DNA of 64,000 nucleotides from Lepidodermella squamata. Lineage: Eukaryota; Animalia; Gastrotricha. The stretch covers positions 1 to 64,000 of the forward strand of contig JBLDXI010000046.1 of assembly GCA_047495785.1 (NCBI GenBank), given 5' to 3'. The notes under the pieces are model-generated. The model was not told the origin of the DNA and searched no databases. It saw only the letters and a program-made list of their open reading frames with translations. Shown piece after piece: positions 1-12,378 of the stretch. Each line of letters starts with the position of its first letter. Within the stretch, counting starts at the first letter, position 1. The position numbers were made by a program, and so were the translations under genes.

Positions 1-24
1 ACACATCTCGTGAGAGTAACGCCG

Positions 25-2865
25 GATCGTATCAATTTGGCACAGGTTGTAACTGAGCTGTATTATAGCAAAACAGAATCCTTGGTAGAAAGAGAGCATC
101 ACATATTCCCGATCGATCTGAAACCAAGTGGCGAGTATAGCGAACCGAAGGGTCATAGTACCGAATTACCCCGAAATTACTTTGTTGGTAAAGATTGTTA
201 CGGAAATTTCAGAATTCTAGGACTAATGATTATGTTGAACCACACAGCAAATTTGGGAATTTCGGAAATAGATCATAGAACCCAGTGACAATAAAAAAAT
301 TAACCTCGCGTTGGCAGGTCTGACTTGTCGGGCTTGGATTGCTACTTGGCACACAGCTTTTCGTCGAAACGTCGCAAATATTTGCTGTCGGCACGCATTG
401 GCAAGCCGCTGGTGTGACAGGCGGATTTGTGAACGGGACGAATTTAGGGCTATCATTGGTTTCTGAAGCGGTCGAGACACAAGCACTAGCCAGTTCAAGA
501 AATAATGACGATGAGCAAATGTAAGAAATCAGCAGAGATATCAAGCTATTTTTTAAAGGGAGCAGATGGGATTTCAGAATCGCGAGCTTATTTTTTGATT
601 TGTTGTTTATAAGACTACGTAAATATGACATTTCCTTACAGCCACATCTGAGTCTATTTAACCCACCTGAAAGCTCTGTATGGAATATTTCTTATAACGT
701 GACTACCTTCGTTTGAAGAAATTATCACGTGCTTGAGCAGACCGGAAAGTTTTTTCTCTTGACAAAATTATCAAGTATTCACATGTTTTATTACTCAGCT
801 TATACATCTTTATTACCTAGTCCGGCGCGAATTAGGCTAGATTCCAGACCTGAAACCTGAAGTGGATATTAGGGTTAAGTTTTGAAGGTGTGCCCAAAAG
901 CGAAACAATGATCGACCGCCTCCAGTGATTGGATTTGTTTTCACGAGCGATCACTCACGATGAAGAAAGTTTTTTCCCGAATATGTCACCAATTTCTCAC
1001 CATTTTTTTACACTACGACCAAAATAAGAAGCAGAATTTGTTTTTTTACCCACGTTGTTGTTTTAACACTAATCGAATAAAAATAGCGGGAATACAGAAT
1101 AAATATAATTGTAAGGTGGAATTTTCATTTTTTAAATCTGCTGAAAACGGATTTTCATTTTATTTCACCAGCCAGTTAGATACTTATTCATATTTGATTC
1201 TGATTCACAAGGCTATGCTGTTGTTGTTATTAGTTTCCACTGGCTTATGAATAAGCAATAGAGCATAAGAGGGCGGAGCTTCGAAAGGCTGAACGTGACC
1301 TAGGTCACCGTTATTGCGACCAGCCAGCCATTCTAGGTCATTCGCGCGTTGATTTGTGTGCGGCCTGCGAATATTACTTCTGGCTATCACTATCACTTCG
1401 CCTTGCTTTTTTGTATGCTTCCGACAGCAAAAAGAAACGAAATATATGATTATGAATAAAATGAAGATGGGAATTAAGAAAGCCGGGTTAAATGGGAAAC
1501 TCGGCCCCTGCTCGAAGGCCATCGGCGGCGGGTGTCCTCCTAACGTCTCTCTCTGCCAGTCTCCGAGTCCTGAAGAATTCCGGATCTATTTCCACCGTAA
1601 ATCCTTCATTATGAATCCAAAAACTTGGTGTTCTGCCAATTTCCTTATATGAGCCTTTTTCGATTCGATAGCTTGGCGTTACGAATTCTTCAGAGGAATC
1701 CATGGCATCCACCTGGAATTGGAATACCAATCCGAAGAATAGTACAACGGCATAAAAAGTCTCCATAAAACGCGAAGTTTGATATGTTGCAAAATGAGTG
1801 TTTAGAGTAACAAAGGAGTCATCGCTAGCTTTTCTTATCGGCTGAGAAATGATAACTGCCGCAAACGCGGAATGTATGCAGGCTTTGAATCATTTCATAG
1901 GAATGGGAATTTTTTGTTAAGATATAAAATTATCAGCAAACTCGACCAAGTATTTGAGATATTTCACCATTTTTAGCAAATCTTTTCAACCTATTTTAAC
2001 GGTACGGAAAATGAAAGCCAAACGATTTTATGGTAAAAATAAAAAAAAATTCTACGCAAATGAAGATTGTCCAATTTATTTTTTGCAAAATTCATTTGGA
2101 GAAATAATGCAAACGGGATGAAATATCATGAATTTGTTGATGCAAAAAAAAAATAAACTTGAAAATAGTATTCGACTCTCGACTCGATTGTTTATGAGAT
2201 TGTCAGATTGTTTGATCTGCGCCTTTTCTGAACCACAGAGCCAGAGAACATCGCTTGCCCTAAAATGGAAATAAATAAATATTAAAAAAAAATAGTCCAG
2301 TTTATTATATTAGACAAATTGGCGGCGAAAAGAATCCTAAAATAATCGAAATTATATTACTTTTTCACTTTTGATCACCCTAAAATTAAAACTGAATTTT
2401 CATGATGCTATCAGAAGGGTGTGGCAATGTGCAAGGGCTCACCCTAAATCTTTGATTTCATAATATTTTAGCTCATACGAATTTAATTTTTCTGTTACCG
2501 ATTCCAATCAATGGATTATCGATATCGATTTTACTGATCAGTGATTTCTCTGATATCACCAGCCTTACGGTATACCAGGTATGTAGCTAGATTATAATTC
2601 CCAAGAAGATAGCACAATCCCGAAAAATTTGAAAAAAAATCTAAAAAATATTTGTGAATTTTTTTCCGAATATCCAAAAAATCCTAAAATTATTTAAACA
2701 TATATTAACATATTAAACATATATTATTTTCTGGATTTTAGAATTAATTAAAACAATTCCATCCATTTTTTCTACAGGAATCGTCGATTTTTTTTAAATT
2801 TAGATTGCCCAACCTTCATTTTTCCTGAATATTTATTTCAATTATCTCAGAATAAGGTACCTGCG
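25..2865. repeat. Left arm of a large inverted duplication (palindrome), mirror of 3127-5970
   Basis: Identical mirrored ORFs (1488-1766- vs 4230-4508+; 230-631- vs 5364-5765+). Inner junction ATTATCTCAGAATAAGGTACCTGCG (ends 2865) is the reverse complement of the sequence starting at 3127. Outer match ends at about 25/5970. Confidence 0.97.
1205..1766 (-). pseudogene. Mirror copy of the frameshifted single-pass TM gene at 4230-4791
   Basis: Translations identical to ORFs 4230-4508 and 4474-4791. Confidence 0.85.
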
Positions 2866-3791
2866 ACGCCGCCAAGGATCTTAGCCATCCGTTGCATGCT
2901 GATAACTGCCATTTGCACCACGAAAATGGCACATGCACGCCGTTTGAAATCGCAGAGTTGAACACGCGAAATACGTCTGCGGTTCTGTTTTTGGGCGATC
3001 GATTCGCCGGCGGGCAGTTCTTCTTCGCGAATCGGCCTGATTTGAAGCCGCAGCAGGTTGTGACACCGAAATGTGGCCGGCTGATTGCATTCGATGCTGG
3101 CGAATATCATGGTGTTGGCGCCGTTACGCAGGTACCTTATTCTGAGATAATTGAAATAAAATATTCAGGAAAAATGAAGGTTGGGCAATCTAAATTTAAA
3201 AAAAATCGACGATTCCTGTAGAAAAAATGGATGGAATTGTTTTAATTAATTCTAAAATCCAGAAAATAATATATGTTTAATATGTTAATATATGTTTAAA
3301 TAATTTTAGGATTTTTTGGATATTCGGAAAAAAATTCACAAATATTTTTTAAGATTTTTTTTCAAATTTTTCGGGATTGTGCTATCTTCTTGGGAATTAT
3401 AATCTAGCTACATACCTGGTATACCGTAAGGCTGGTGATATCAGAGAAATCACTGATCAGTAAAATCGATATCGATAATCCATTGATTGGAATCGGTAAC
3501 AGAAAAATTAAATTCGTATGAGCTAAAATATTATGAAATCAAAGATTTAGGGTGAGCCCTTGCACATTGCCACACCCTTCTGATAGCATCATGAAAATTC
3601 AGTTTTAATTTTAGGGTGATCAAAAGTGAAAAAGTAATATAATTTCGATTATTTTAGGATTCTTTTCGCCGCCAATTTGTCTAATATAATAAACTGGACT
3701 ATTTTTTTTTAATATTTATTTATTTCCATTTTAGGGCAAGCGATGTTCTCTGGCTCTGTGGTTCAGAAAAGGCGCAGATCAAACAATCTGA
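2866..3791 (+). pseudogene. 3' part of a prolyl 3-hydroxylase (leprecan)-like 2OG-Fe(II) oxygenase gene, 5'-truncated at the palindrome junction; exons ~2866-3131 and 3735-3791
   Basis: DLSHPLHADNC...SAVLFLGDRFAGGQFFF...PKCGRLIAF...YHGVGAVTQ|GKRCSLALWF matches the P3H catalytic domain (HxD...H...R). GT donor at 3132, TTTTAG acceptor ending at 3734. Confidence 0.85.
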
Positions 3792-5970
3792 CAATCTCAT
3801 AAACAATCGAGTCGAGAGTCGAATACTATTTTCAAGTTTATTTTTTTTTTTGCATCAACAAATTCATGATATTTCATCCCGTTTGCATTATTTCTCCAAA
3901 TGAATTTTGCAAAAAATAAATTGGACAATCTTCATTTGCGTAGAATTTTTTTTTTATTTTTACCATAAAATCGTTTGGCTTTCATTTTCCGTACCGTTAA
4001 AATAGGTTGAAAAGATTTGCTAAAAATGGTGAAATATCTCAAATACTTGGTCGAGTTTGCTGATAATTTTATATCTTAACAAAAAATTCCCATTCCTATG
4101 AAATGATTCAAAGCCTGCATACATTCCGCGTTTGCGGCAGTTATCATTTCTCAGCCGATAAGAAAAGCTAGCGATGACTCCTTTGTTACTCTAAACACTC
4201 ATTTTGCAACATATCAAACTTCGCGTTTTATGGAGACTTTTTATGCCGTTGTACTATTCTTCGGATTGGTATTCCAATTCCAGGTGGATGCCATGGATTC
4301 CTCTGAAGAATTCGTAACGCCAAGCTATCGAATCGAAAAAGGCTCATATAAGGAAATTGGCAGAACACCAAGTTTTTGGATTCATAATGAAGGATTTACG
4401 GTGGAAATAGATCCGGAATTCTTCAGGACTCGGAGACTGGCAGAGAGAGACGTTAGGAGGACACCCGCCGCCGATGGCCTTCGAGCAGGGGCCGAGTTTC
4501 CCATTTAACCCGGCTTTCTTAATTCCCATCTTCATTTTATTCATAATCATATATTTCGTTTCTTTTTGCTGTCGGAAGCATACAAAAAAGCAAGGCGAAG
4601 TGATAGTGATAGCCAGAAGTAATATTCGCAGGCCGCACACAAATCAACGCGCGAATGACCTAGAATGGCTGGCTGGTCGCAATAACGGTGACCTAGGTCA
4701 CGTTCAGCCTTTCGAAGCTCCGCCCTCTTATGCTCTATTGCTTATTCATAAGCCAGTGGAAACTAATAACAACAACAGCATAGCCTTGTGAATCAGAATC
4801 AAATATGAATAAGTATCTAACTGGCTGGTGAAATAAAATGAAAATCCGTTTTCAGCAGATTTAAAAAAATGAAAATTCCACCTTACAATTATATTTATTC
4901 TGTATTCCCGCTATTTTTATTCGATTAGTGTTAAAACAACAACGTGGGTAAAAAAACAAATTCTGCTTCTTATTTTGGTCGTAGTGTAAAAAATGGTGAG
5001 AAATTGGTGACATATTCGGGAAAAACTTTCTTCATCGTGAGTGATCGCTCGTGAAAACAAATCCAATCACTGGAGGCGGTCGATCATTGTTTCGCTTTTG
5101 GGCACACCTTCAAAACTTAACCCTAATATCCACTTCAGGTTTCAGGTCTGGAATCTAGCCTAATTCGCGCCGGACTAGGTAATAAAGATGTATAAGCTGA
5201 GTAATAAAACATGTGAATACTTGATAATTTTGTCAAGAGAAAAAACTTTCCGGTCTGCTCAAGCACGTGATAATTTCTTCAAACGAAGGTAGTCACGTTA
5301 TAAGAAATATTCCATACAGAGCTTTCAGGTGGGTTAAATAGACTCAGATGTGGCTGTAAGGAAATGTCATATTTACGTAGTCTTATAAACAACAAATCAA
5401 AAAATAAGCTCGCGATTCTGAAATCCCATCTGCTCCCTTTAAAAAATAGCTTGATATCTCTGCTGATTTCTTACATTTGCTCATCGTCATTATTTCTTGA
5501 ACTGGCTAGTGCTTGTGTCTCGACCGCTTCAGAAACCAATGATAGCCCTAAATTCGTCCCGTTCACAAATCCGCCTGTCACACCAGCGGCTTGCCAATGC
5601 GTGCCGACAGCAAATATTTGCGACGTTTCGACGAAAAGCTGTGTGCCAAGTAGCAATCCAAGCCCGACAAGTCAGACCTGCCAACGCGAGGTTAATTTTT
5701 TTATTGTCACTGGGTTCTATGATCTATTTCCGAAATTCCCAAATTTGCTGTGTGGTTCAACATAATCATTAGTCCTAGAATTCTGAAATTTCCGTAACAA
5801 TCTTTACCAACAAAGTAATTTCGGGGTAATTCGGTACTATGACCCTTCGGTTCGCTATACTCGCCACTTGGTTTCAGATCGATCGGGAATATGTGATGCT
5901 CTCTTTCTACCAAGGATTCTGTTTTGCTATAATACAGCTCAGTTACAACCTGTGCCAAATTGATACGATC
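3127..5970. repeat. Right (native-orientation) arm of the palindrome
   Basis: Reading frames run through both ends of this arm (P3H-like exon across 3127; exon ~5878-6051 across 5970), so this is the original copy. Confidence 0.95.
4230..4791 (+). pseudogene. Frameshifted paralog of the 7083-7673 single-pass TM protein (PPSY tail)
   Basis: Two overlapping ORFs align to the N- and C-halves of 7083-7673. One extra G at ~4432 (ACTCGGAGAC vs ACTCGAGAC) shifts the frame. Confidence 0.8.
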
Positions 5971-6570
5971 GGCGGCTCTGGCATATGCGTCAGCAACATT
6001 AGATTCTGTTTGGACAATGGGGGAGCCTGTAGCCTGTTGACCGGTGCGACAGTAAGAGAATACTAACCTTAGTGTTACTGTAATTTGAACGATTTGTGAT
6101 CTCAGCTAGTGCCAGCGGAGCCCAATACATTCCATTCTTTCGCAGCGTGCTGCCAAGCGGTCGCAGCTGGCCGCTACACCTTCGCCGTTCGGTACGAACA
6201 CGTGGCTTTCGCGGAGCCAGGGAACACGTTCGCAACAGCTTGCATTGGCGCCGTGAGTGCAACGCCTTACCTTGTTTCTTCAGCCTCAGGAAACACCGGT
6301 AGCTGCGTGCGCTTTCCCCACTCTGCCGCATCTGCAGCTGAGGTAATCGCTCAAAACTTGGTAAGTATCCGAGACGTTGTTTGACCAATAGGTCAATGAA
6401 TGTTCCACTCTAAGATCACGAAACCACCCAACACATACGCCTATCCAACCTTCGCTGCTTGCTGCCAGGGCATTGGTGCTGCGCCAGGAGCAGCGATTGC
6501 GCCGTCAACAGTTAGACTTTATGGGCTCATTCTCGAGAAATGCACGGCATCGAACGTTGACCTAGACTGA
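5364..6570 (+). CDS. Secreted Cys-rich protein of unknown function, multi-exon (approx. 5364/5450-5690, 5878-6051, 6106-6360, 6415-6570)
   Basis: Hydrophobic N-terminal segment (LISLLISYICSSSLFLELASA), Cys-rich exons bounded by GT/AG sites, repeated FAACCQ motif. Start codon uncertain. Confidence 0.6.
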
Positions 6571-7082
6571 TAGCTTCATTTGTGATTCATGTGATGTCTG
6601 AATCTTTTGCTACTTGGGAGAAAGAAGACAGGGACGTCCATGGTTTAAAAAGTTGCTCTGTGAGTCAAACTAATCCACCAGGAAAAATCTGTGTTGTAGT
6701 TACGGAAATTCGATTTTTTGATGCCTTACAGCAAGAGAGGTCAAGCAAGAAACCCTGAAAAAGCCACAGATGGCACTTTTTGGTCAGGCCTAAAATACCC
6801 GAACGTACCCCATAGTTAGAGGATTCTACTTCGCACATTGATGGTCAAAATTTCCCAAAAATAGAAAACTATCTAAAATCTAGCGTAGTTAACTGAATGT
6901 TGAGCCTTTATTGAAAAATCGAAGTACAATGAAATGATTCACAGCCTCCATTCTATCCGTGTTTACTGTTGCTATCATTTCGCGGAAAAGCTGATAAGAA
7001 AAGCTAATCTCTATGGCATATTTGCAATGAATCCTTTGCTTCTGTACTTTACACACCTATTCTGTAACTATAACTTCACGTT

Positions 7083-7673
7083 ATGGAGACTTTTTATGCC
7101 GTTTTACTAATTTTCGGATTGGTATTCCGACTCCAGGTGGATGCCACGGATTCCTCCGAAGAAAACGAAACGCCAAGCTATCGAATCGAAGATTCATCTG
7201 AAGAAATGGTCAGAACGCCAAGTTATCGAATGCAGCAAGGATATTCCGCCTATAAAACAATCAGGCCATTTGCGTTTGAAATAAACCCGGAATTATTCAG
7301 GACTCGAGACTTGTTCAAAGAACATTTAGAAAGCAGCGGGCGGATCATCATCAAACAGGAGGCGACATTCCCATTCAAGCCGGTTTTCGGAATTCCCATC
7401 TTCATTTTCTTCCTAATCTCAGCTTTTGTTATTTATTACTATCGAACGCATCGACGAACGCCGGGAAGAGTGATAGCTAGAAATAATAATCGCAGGCCGA
7501 TGCCGCCCACAAATCGACATGCGAATGACCTAGAATGGCTGGCTGGTCGCAATAACGGTGACCTAGGTCACGTTCAGCCTTACGACGCTCCGCCCGCTTA
7601 TGATACATTGCTTATTCATAAGACAGTGGAAACTAATAATAACAACAGCCTTGAAAATCAGACTCAAAGGTGA
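7083..7673 (+). CDS. Single-exon type I membrane protein, 196 aa, with cytoplasmic PPxY motif (PPAY)
   Basis: Signal peptide METFYAVLLIFGLVFRLQVDA; TM VFGIPIFIFFLISAFVIYYY followed by basic residues; DAPPAYDTL. Confidence 0.85.
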   Translation: METFYAVLLIFGLVFRLQVDATDSSEENETPSYRIEDSSEEMVRTPSYRMQQGYSAYKTIRPFAFEINPELFRTRDLFKEHLESSGRIIIKQEATFPFKPVFGIPIFIFFLISAFVIYYYRTHRRTPGRVIARNNNRRPMPPTNRHANDLEWLAGRNNGDLGHVQPYDAPPAYDTLLIHKTVETNNNNSLENQTQR

Positions 7674-7923
7674 AATAGTTATCAAACTGGCTGAAATAAA
7701 AATAAAAAATAAAATAAAAATTCCATCTTTAGTGGTTTTTTATTTAATAAAAAAATTCCACCTTAACATAAAATGTATTCTTTTACTGTTTTTCTTCGAT
7801 TAGTGTTTGAATAACGGAGCGAGTAAGAGCAAAATTGGACATTAATTTGGTCGTGGTGAAAAATTGGTGACATTTGAGTGGAATAAATTATACTGTATTT
7901 AGGCGATATTTTACCGCTTTTTT

Positions 7924-9377
7924 CTACAGGATAACAAAGGATTCGCACAGAGCGCTGATGAATGCTCGTCCGGCTTCAGGTGTTCCGTAGGCCTGGCACG
8001 GTAAATCAGCCCAGCCTATTGTTCCAGCGTCATTCTTCATGAAGGCAACACAGTCCTAAAATCGCAAAAATTAAGCAATTTTTCCGATTTTTTCCCGATT
8101 TTTTACTAACCTGACTTCCACCGAATGCGTTATCCGGTTGACCGGGTAGGAAACCGCCCTGATTTCGGTTCTGAAAACCATCGATCCAGTTGAATGAATT
8201 GCTGCCACGGCTCGGTCGCCTAAGACCAATCCAAGCTCGGCCGGCAACGAAACTCAAATCTGAAATATTTTCCTCAATTTTTTTCGAAAAATAGTGAAAA
8301 ATCGATCTAACCGATATTTTTGAAGATGAATTCGTTTTCGATGCTGGATTTCAGGGTGGCTAGTGTGCCTTTATTAGCCGCACATGCTTGACTGGCTGTT
8401 TCGTATGAATAGTTGCCTTTGACCAGGAAGAAAGATTTTCTCATGACGAGTGGCAGCGGCAAATTATTCGTGCTGTGAGGCATGAGAGGCTAAAATGTTA
8501 AATTTAAAATTAAATTAAATTAAATAAAAAGTGTTATGATAATAAAATGGAAATAATTTGAAACTGATAGGTATTGAAATTGAAATTTATCACGAAACTA
8601 CTAAAATTCCTCCTTAAATTTCATAATTCAAAATTCCTAAATTTTAATTGAATGTTTTCAATTTTTAAATTAAAATTAAATTTTTTTACAATGTCGCAGT
8701 AATTTGATGAAGCAGCTTGGACATCAGAATCCGGGCCAGTTCTCGTTAGTGTTTCACACAACGCCCCGGCTGGTAATTTGCGCCCATTGACTAGGGCATC
8801 GCAACGAGCCGGGTTCCAGCCATTCTCCTGCATGGTCACGCAATCTTGGCCGCTTCGAGACGCACTCGCCGGGTCGCCGATCCACGTCGCAAAGGTGAAT
8901 GGCACGCCTGGCATGAGCGGAGTGTCCCACTGCCAGGCGTTGGGCTGGTTCGGAATGCGTTTGGCACCCAGCCAAAGCTGACCGATCCAGAATTTACCAT
9001 CCTGATACCCCGGAACTGTATTCCAGTCTAAATTTGAATTTTTCAAAATTTCAAAATTGAAATTTAGAATTTTTGAAATTTTAATACCGATCCTATGTCG
9101 AACTATGTGGTCTTCCGAGGCTGAATTAAAGGTGGCTAGGGTTCCATTTCGGATCCGGCATGCCGCATTGGCCTGGTCGTAATTAAACTCGCCGAAAACC
9201 AGCCAGAAACACTAATTCGATTTGTTTAGAATTTTTCAGGAATTTTAATTGAATTTGTCAAACCTTAACATGGCTGATATCCATAGGAGCTGACGGCGGC
9301 GTGGCTTGGCCATTAATTTCCGAAATCAACAGACCAATAATGACTGCTGATAAACTTCCTGAGATCATTTTTCTCAT
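7924..9377 (-). CDS. Secreted tandem C-type lectin domain protein (paralog A), multi-exon
   Basis: Signal peptide; WIGQLWLGA...WQWD...DCVTM...W..C; WIGLRR...FNWIDG...PGQPDN...DCVAF...WADLPC...ALCE; stop at 7924. ATG at 9368 or 9377. Confidence 0.88.
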
Positions 9378-9451
9378 TTTGGAAAAATCTAAAATTTAAT
9401 AATTTGTTTTATAATTTTTCAGAAAAATCGAGATTTTCAGGGTTAATGTCT

Positions 9452-12378
9452 CTATAGCCATTCGATGCCGTATTGGCATAGAGCAGCGAAGCAATCGTCC
9501 TTCATTTCGTCCCAATCAGCTATCTCGCCATTTTCATCCGGCATGAGGCACCGAAAATCTTGAACCCCGATCAAACCAGTCTAATGTTTGAAAAATTATC
9601 AAAAAATAAACAAAGCAATGCCAACAAAAAATTCTGTATAGTAAATGCAACACGTGTGGGGGGAAAAACGTGTTTACCTTTCACCAAGGTAAAACCATTA
9701 GCAGCATAAGAGTTAACTAGGTAAGATGCTTACAAGAAGCTTTGAGAATTTTCTATTCATTTTTATCAAATTATTTCAAAATTTAATTTGAATTTTTTGA
9801 AAGAAACAATTTTTTTACCTCTTTGTCCTTGGCTATAGCCGAGCATTTTTCGATGCCAACATTTGGAGCCGGTCGCCCTGGTAAAAATGGGAAATAATTA
9901 AGAGGGGTGCCGTCAAGCCACAGAAAAGCTGCCGCTATGCCGTCTTCATCGATGGGTGATTTGTAGCCATCAGGATGGCGCCTCAAACCGATCCAGTAGC
10001 CGTTATTCTCAAAGGTCATGAATTTGGGCTCGTTACGTAAGAGTTGGTACTCGGTAATCGAAGAAACAACTGCAAGTGATGAATTGAGGCACCTGAAAAA
10101 TTTGAAAAATTTAAAAATTTAAAATTTAAAAAAAATTCAAATTTCAAAAATTTAAAATTTTGAAATTTTGAAAAATTCAAATTCTTTAAAAATTTATTTC
10201 GATTTCATCTTCGGAAAATTTTTCTTACCTTGTTCCTATGTCTGGAATTTGTCGACATGCGACTTGAGCTTCCTCCCACGTGAACAGCCCCTCAACCGTG
10301 AAAAAGTGTTTACGAACATAACCCGGTATCGATACGATACTCTTCGCCTCAGGCGCGGAAGGCAGTAATAAAACCTTGCAAAAGTTCATTTCATCAATAA
10401 CCGACGGCACGAATTTCGGTATCGGCAGGTCGTAGGTTGTTGTCTGGCATAGCACGCCGGCTGTTCGGTTAGTGATGCATGACGAGGCGACGAGGCCACG
10501 TGACCTACTGACCATGCAGTTCAACGGGCCGAGTTTTGTGACTGAGTCTTCGTTGGGTAGAATTGCGTCTTTGAACTGGTCAAGGTCGATAGGGGTGCTG
10601 TCGATCCAGGTGAACGCTCTGTTGGGCGAGTCACGGTAAAGACCGGTCCAGAGTTGGCCGATCCAGTTATCGGTACCTTTGAACCCTGGCACTCCATCCC
10701 AATCTATAGAGCAAATTGACGGAATTTTAAGGTGGCAAAAATTAGAGTAAATAATAAACCGATGATGTCAAAGGGCTACTTTCAAATATTTTGTCGGTTT
10801 TTATACCAAAATAAAATTCAGAAAATTCTCTCTCGATCGAATACAGGGTTAATAATTGAAAAAATTATTTGAAAGAAATTCTGCGCGCACACTTAAATTT
10901 AAGCGCGTAAAATGTCCCCACACACAATTGACCCAGAAATTTTAGTGTGTGCGCGAAAGTTTTCCCCATTAATTTTTTCGCACAGCAACCCTATACTCGA
11001 TCGATAGAGAATTTTCTGAATTTTATTTTGGTATAAAAACCGACAGAATATTCAAAAATAGCCCTTTGACATTGTTCACTTTTCCAGGAAATATTGCAAT
11101 TTTCTAAATTTTACTGCTAAATTATAAAATTTTTAGAATTCTTTGAATACACCTTTTTTCCTTTGCAATTTCATTATTTTTATTAAAGAAACACGCGTTT
11201 ATTTTTTCATGATTATCAGCGTATTCATTTAATTCATTTTCTTACTTTTTTCTACCTAAGGATTTACTCGATCTTTGAAGGTTCGCTGTATGCGAATACG
11301 AAACCTGAATGGGATGAATTATATATCAAATTGAAGCTAGAGATCTGATCTATCTAGCTGTGAAATTAGAATACTGAATGCCATTTTGTTCTTGAAGGTA
11401 TTCAACGTTTTAGCCGACTGGTTGTTCGGAAAGTTTCTTCTGATTTTAGCTACAATTGTGTTTATTTTTCAACAAATAACTACTAAGGAACTATTTTATT
11501 ACTTAGTCTTCGCTAATTTCATCATTTCGTGATGAAACCAAAGCAATATTTGTGGAAACTACCTCAGCACCCGCGTAAGCTATTGCCCAAAATGCTACTA
11601 AAGCCAAATTCTTTGAGGTTCTATCGCTTCTACTCGAGATATCACCTTCGCCTGATTGTTCTAATCATTTTTGGGGAGGAGGGAGGGGCCTTATACCTAT
11701 AAAATATAAAAACTACCCAAGGAAAACATCTTAGCAGTTCATTCTACTTACTGCTTAGTTTCTGCAAAACAAATATTGATTTCGCCGATCTGATCGCATA
11801 TTTGAAAAGATTATATATCTAGCTTCAATTTGATATATAATTCATCCCATTCAGGTTCCGTATTCGCATACAGCGAACCTTCGAAGATCGAGTAAATCCT
11901 TAGGTAGAAAAAAGTAAGAAAATGAATTAAATGAATACGCTGATAATCATGAAAAAATAAACGCGTTTTTCTTTAATAAAAATAATGAAATTGCAAAGGA
12001 AAAAAGGTGTAGGTAAATTCGATTTAAATTGATTTTTTTAAACAATGTTTTGAGGTTAAAATTTTATTGCGAACCTATTTGTGACATAACAGCGTGGTAT
12101 TCGCTATTCGACCGGAAAACAGCCACCCTGGCGCCACCTTTTGACCGGCAAGCCGCCTTAGCCTCGTCCAGCGAGCTGACACTGGCCGCCAGGACGAAAT
12201 AGCAGTCGACAAATGACAAGTCATACGTCACCTTAGCAGCAACTTCCGCCTTAATCGGCAGCGTAGCCGGGTCTTTCCGCGCGAAAAAACTAGGCGTTGT
12301 AGTGTCATTCGATTCTTGGCACAGGGCCAATTTTACGAAAATTAGCTTAATAACTGCCGATAAAATGGCTGGAAGCAT
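9452..12378 (-). CDS. Secreted tandem C-type lectin domain protein (paralog B), multi-exon
   Basis: Signal peptide MLPAILSAVIKLIFVKLALC; AKAACRSKGGARVA; WIGQLWTGL...FTWID; FTWEEAQVAC; YWIGLRR...FLWLDGTPLNY; last exon ends ALCQYGIEWL* at 9452. Confidence 0.88.
10763..11073. mobile_element. MITE-like foldback element (~85 bp imperfect TIRs) in the lectin intron
   Basis: TGTCAAAGGGCTA...TTTTATACCAAAATAAAATTCAGAAAATTCTCT...AGGGTT is mirrored at ~10988-11073. Confidence 0.75.
11150..12009. mobile_element. Non-autonomous Tc1/mariner-type MITE with ~195 bp TIRs and a TA target duplication
   Basis: TA|CACCTTTTTTCCTTTGC...GCAAAGGAAAAAAGGTG|TA, near-perfect long TIRs, no ORF. Confidence 0.85.

Noticed and set aside
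25-5970. Giant TIR/foldback transposon carrying captured genes
   Set aside because: No TSD or transposase; host reading frames continue across both ends of the right arm, so the arms are duplicated host DNA
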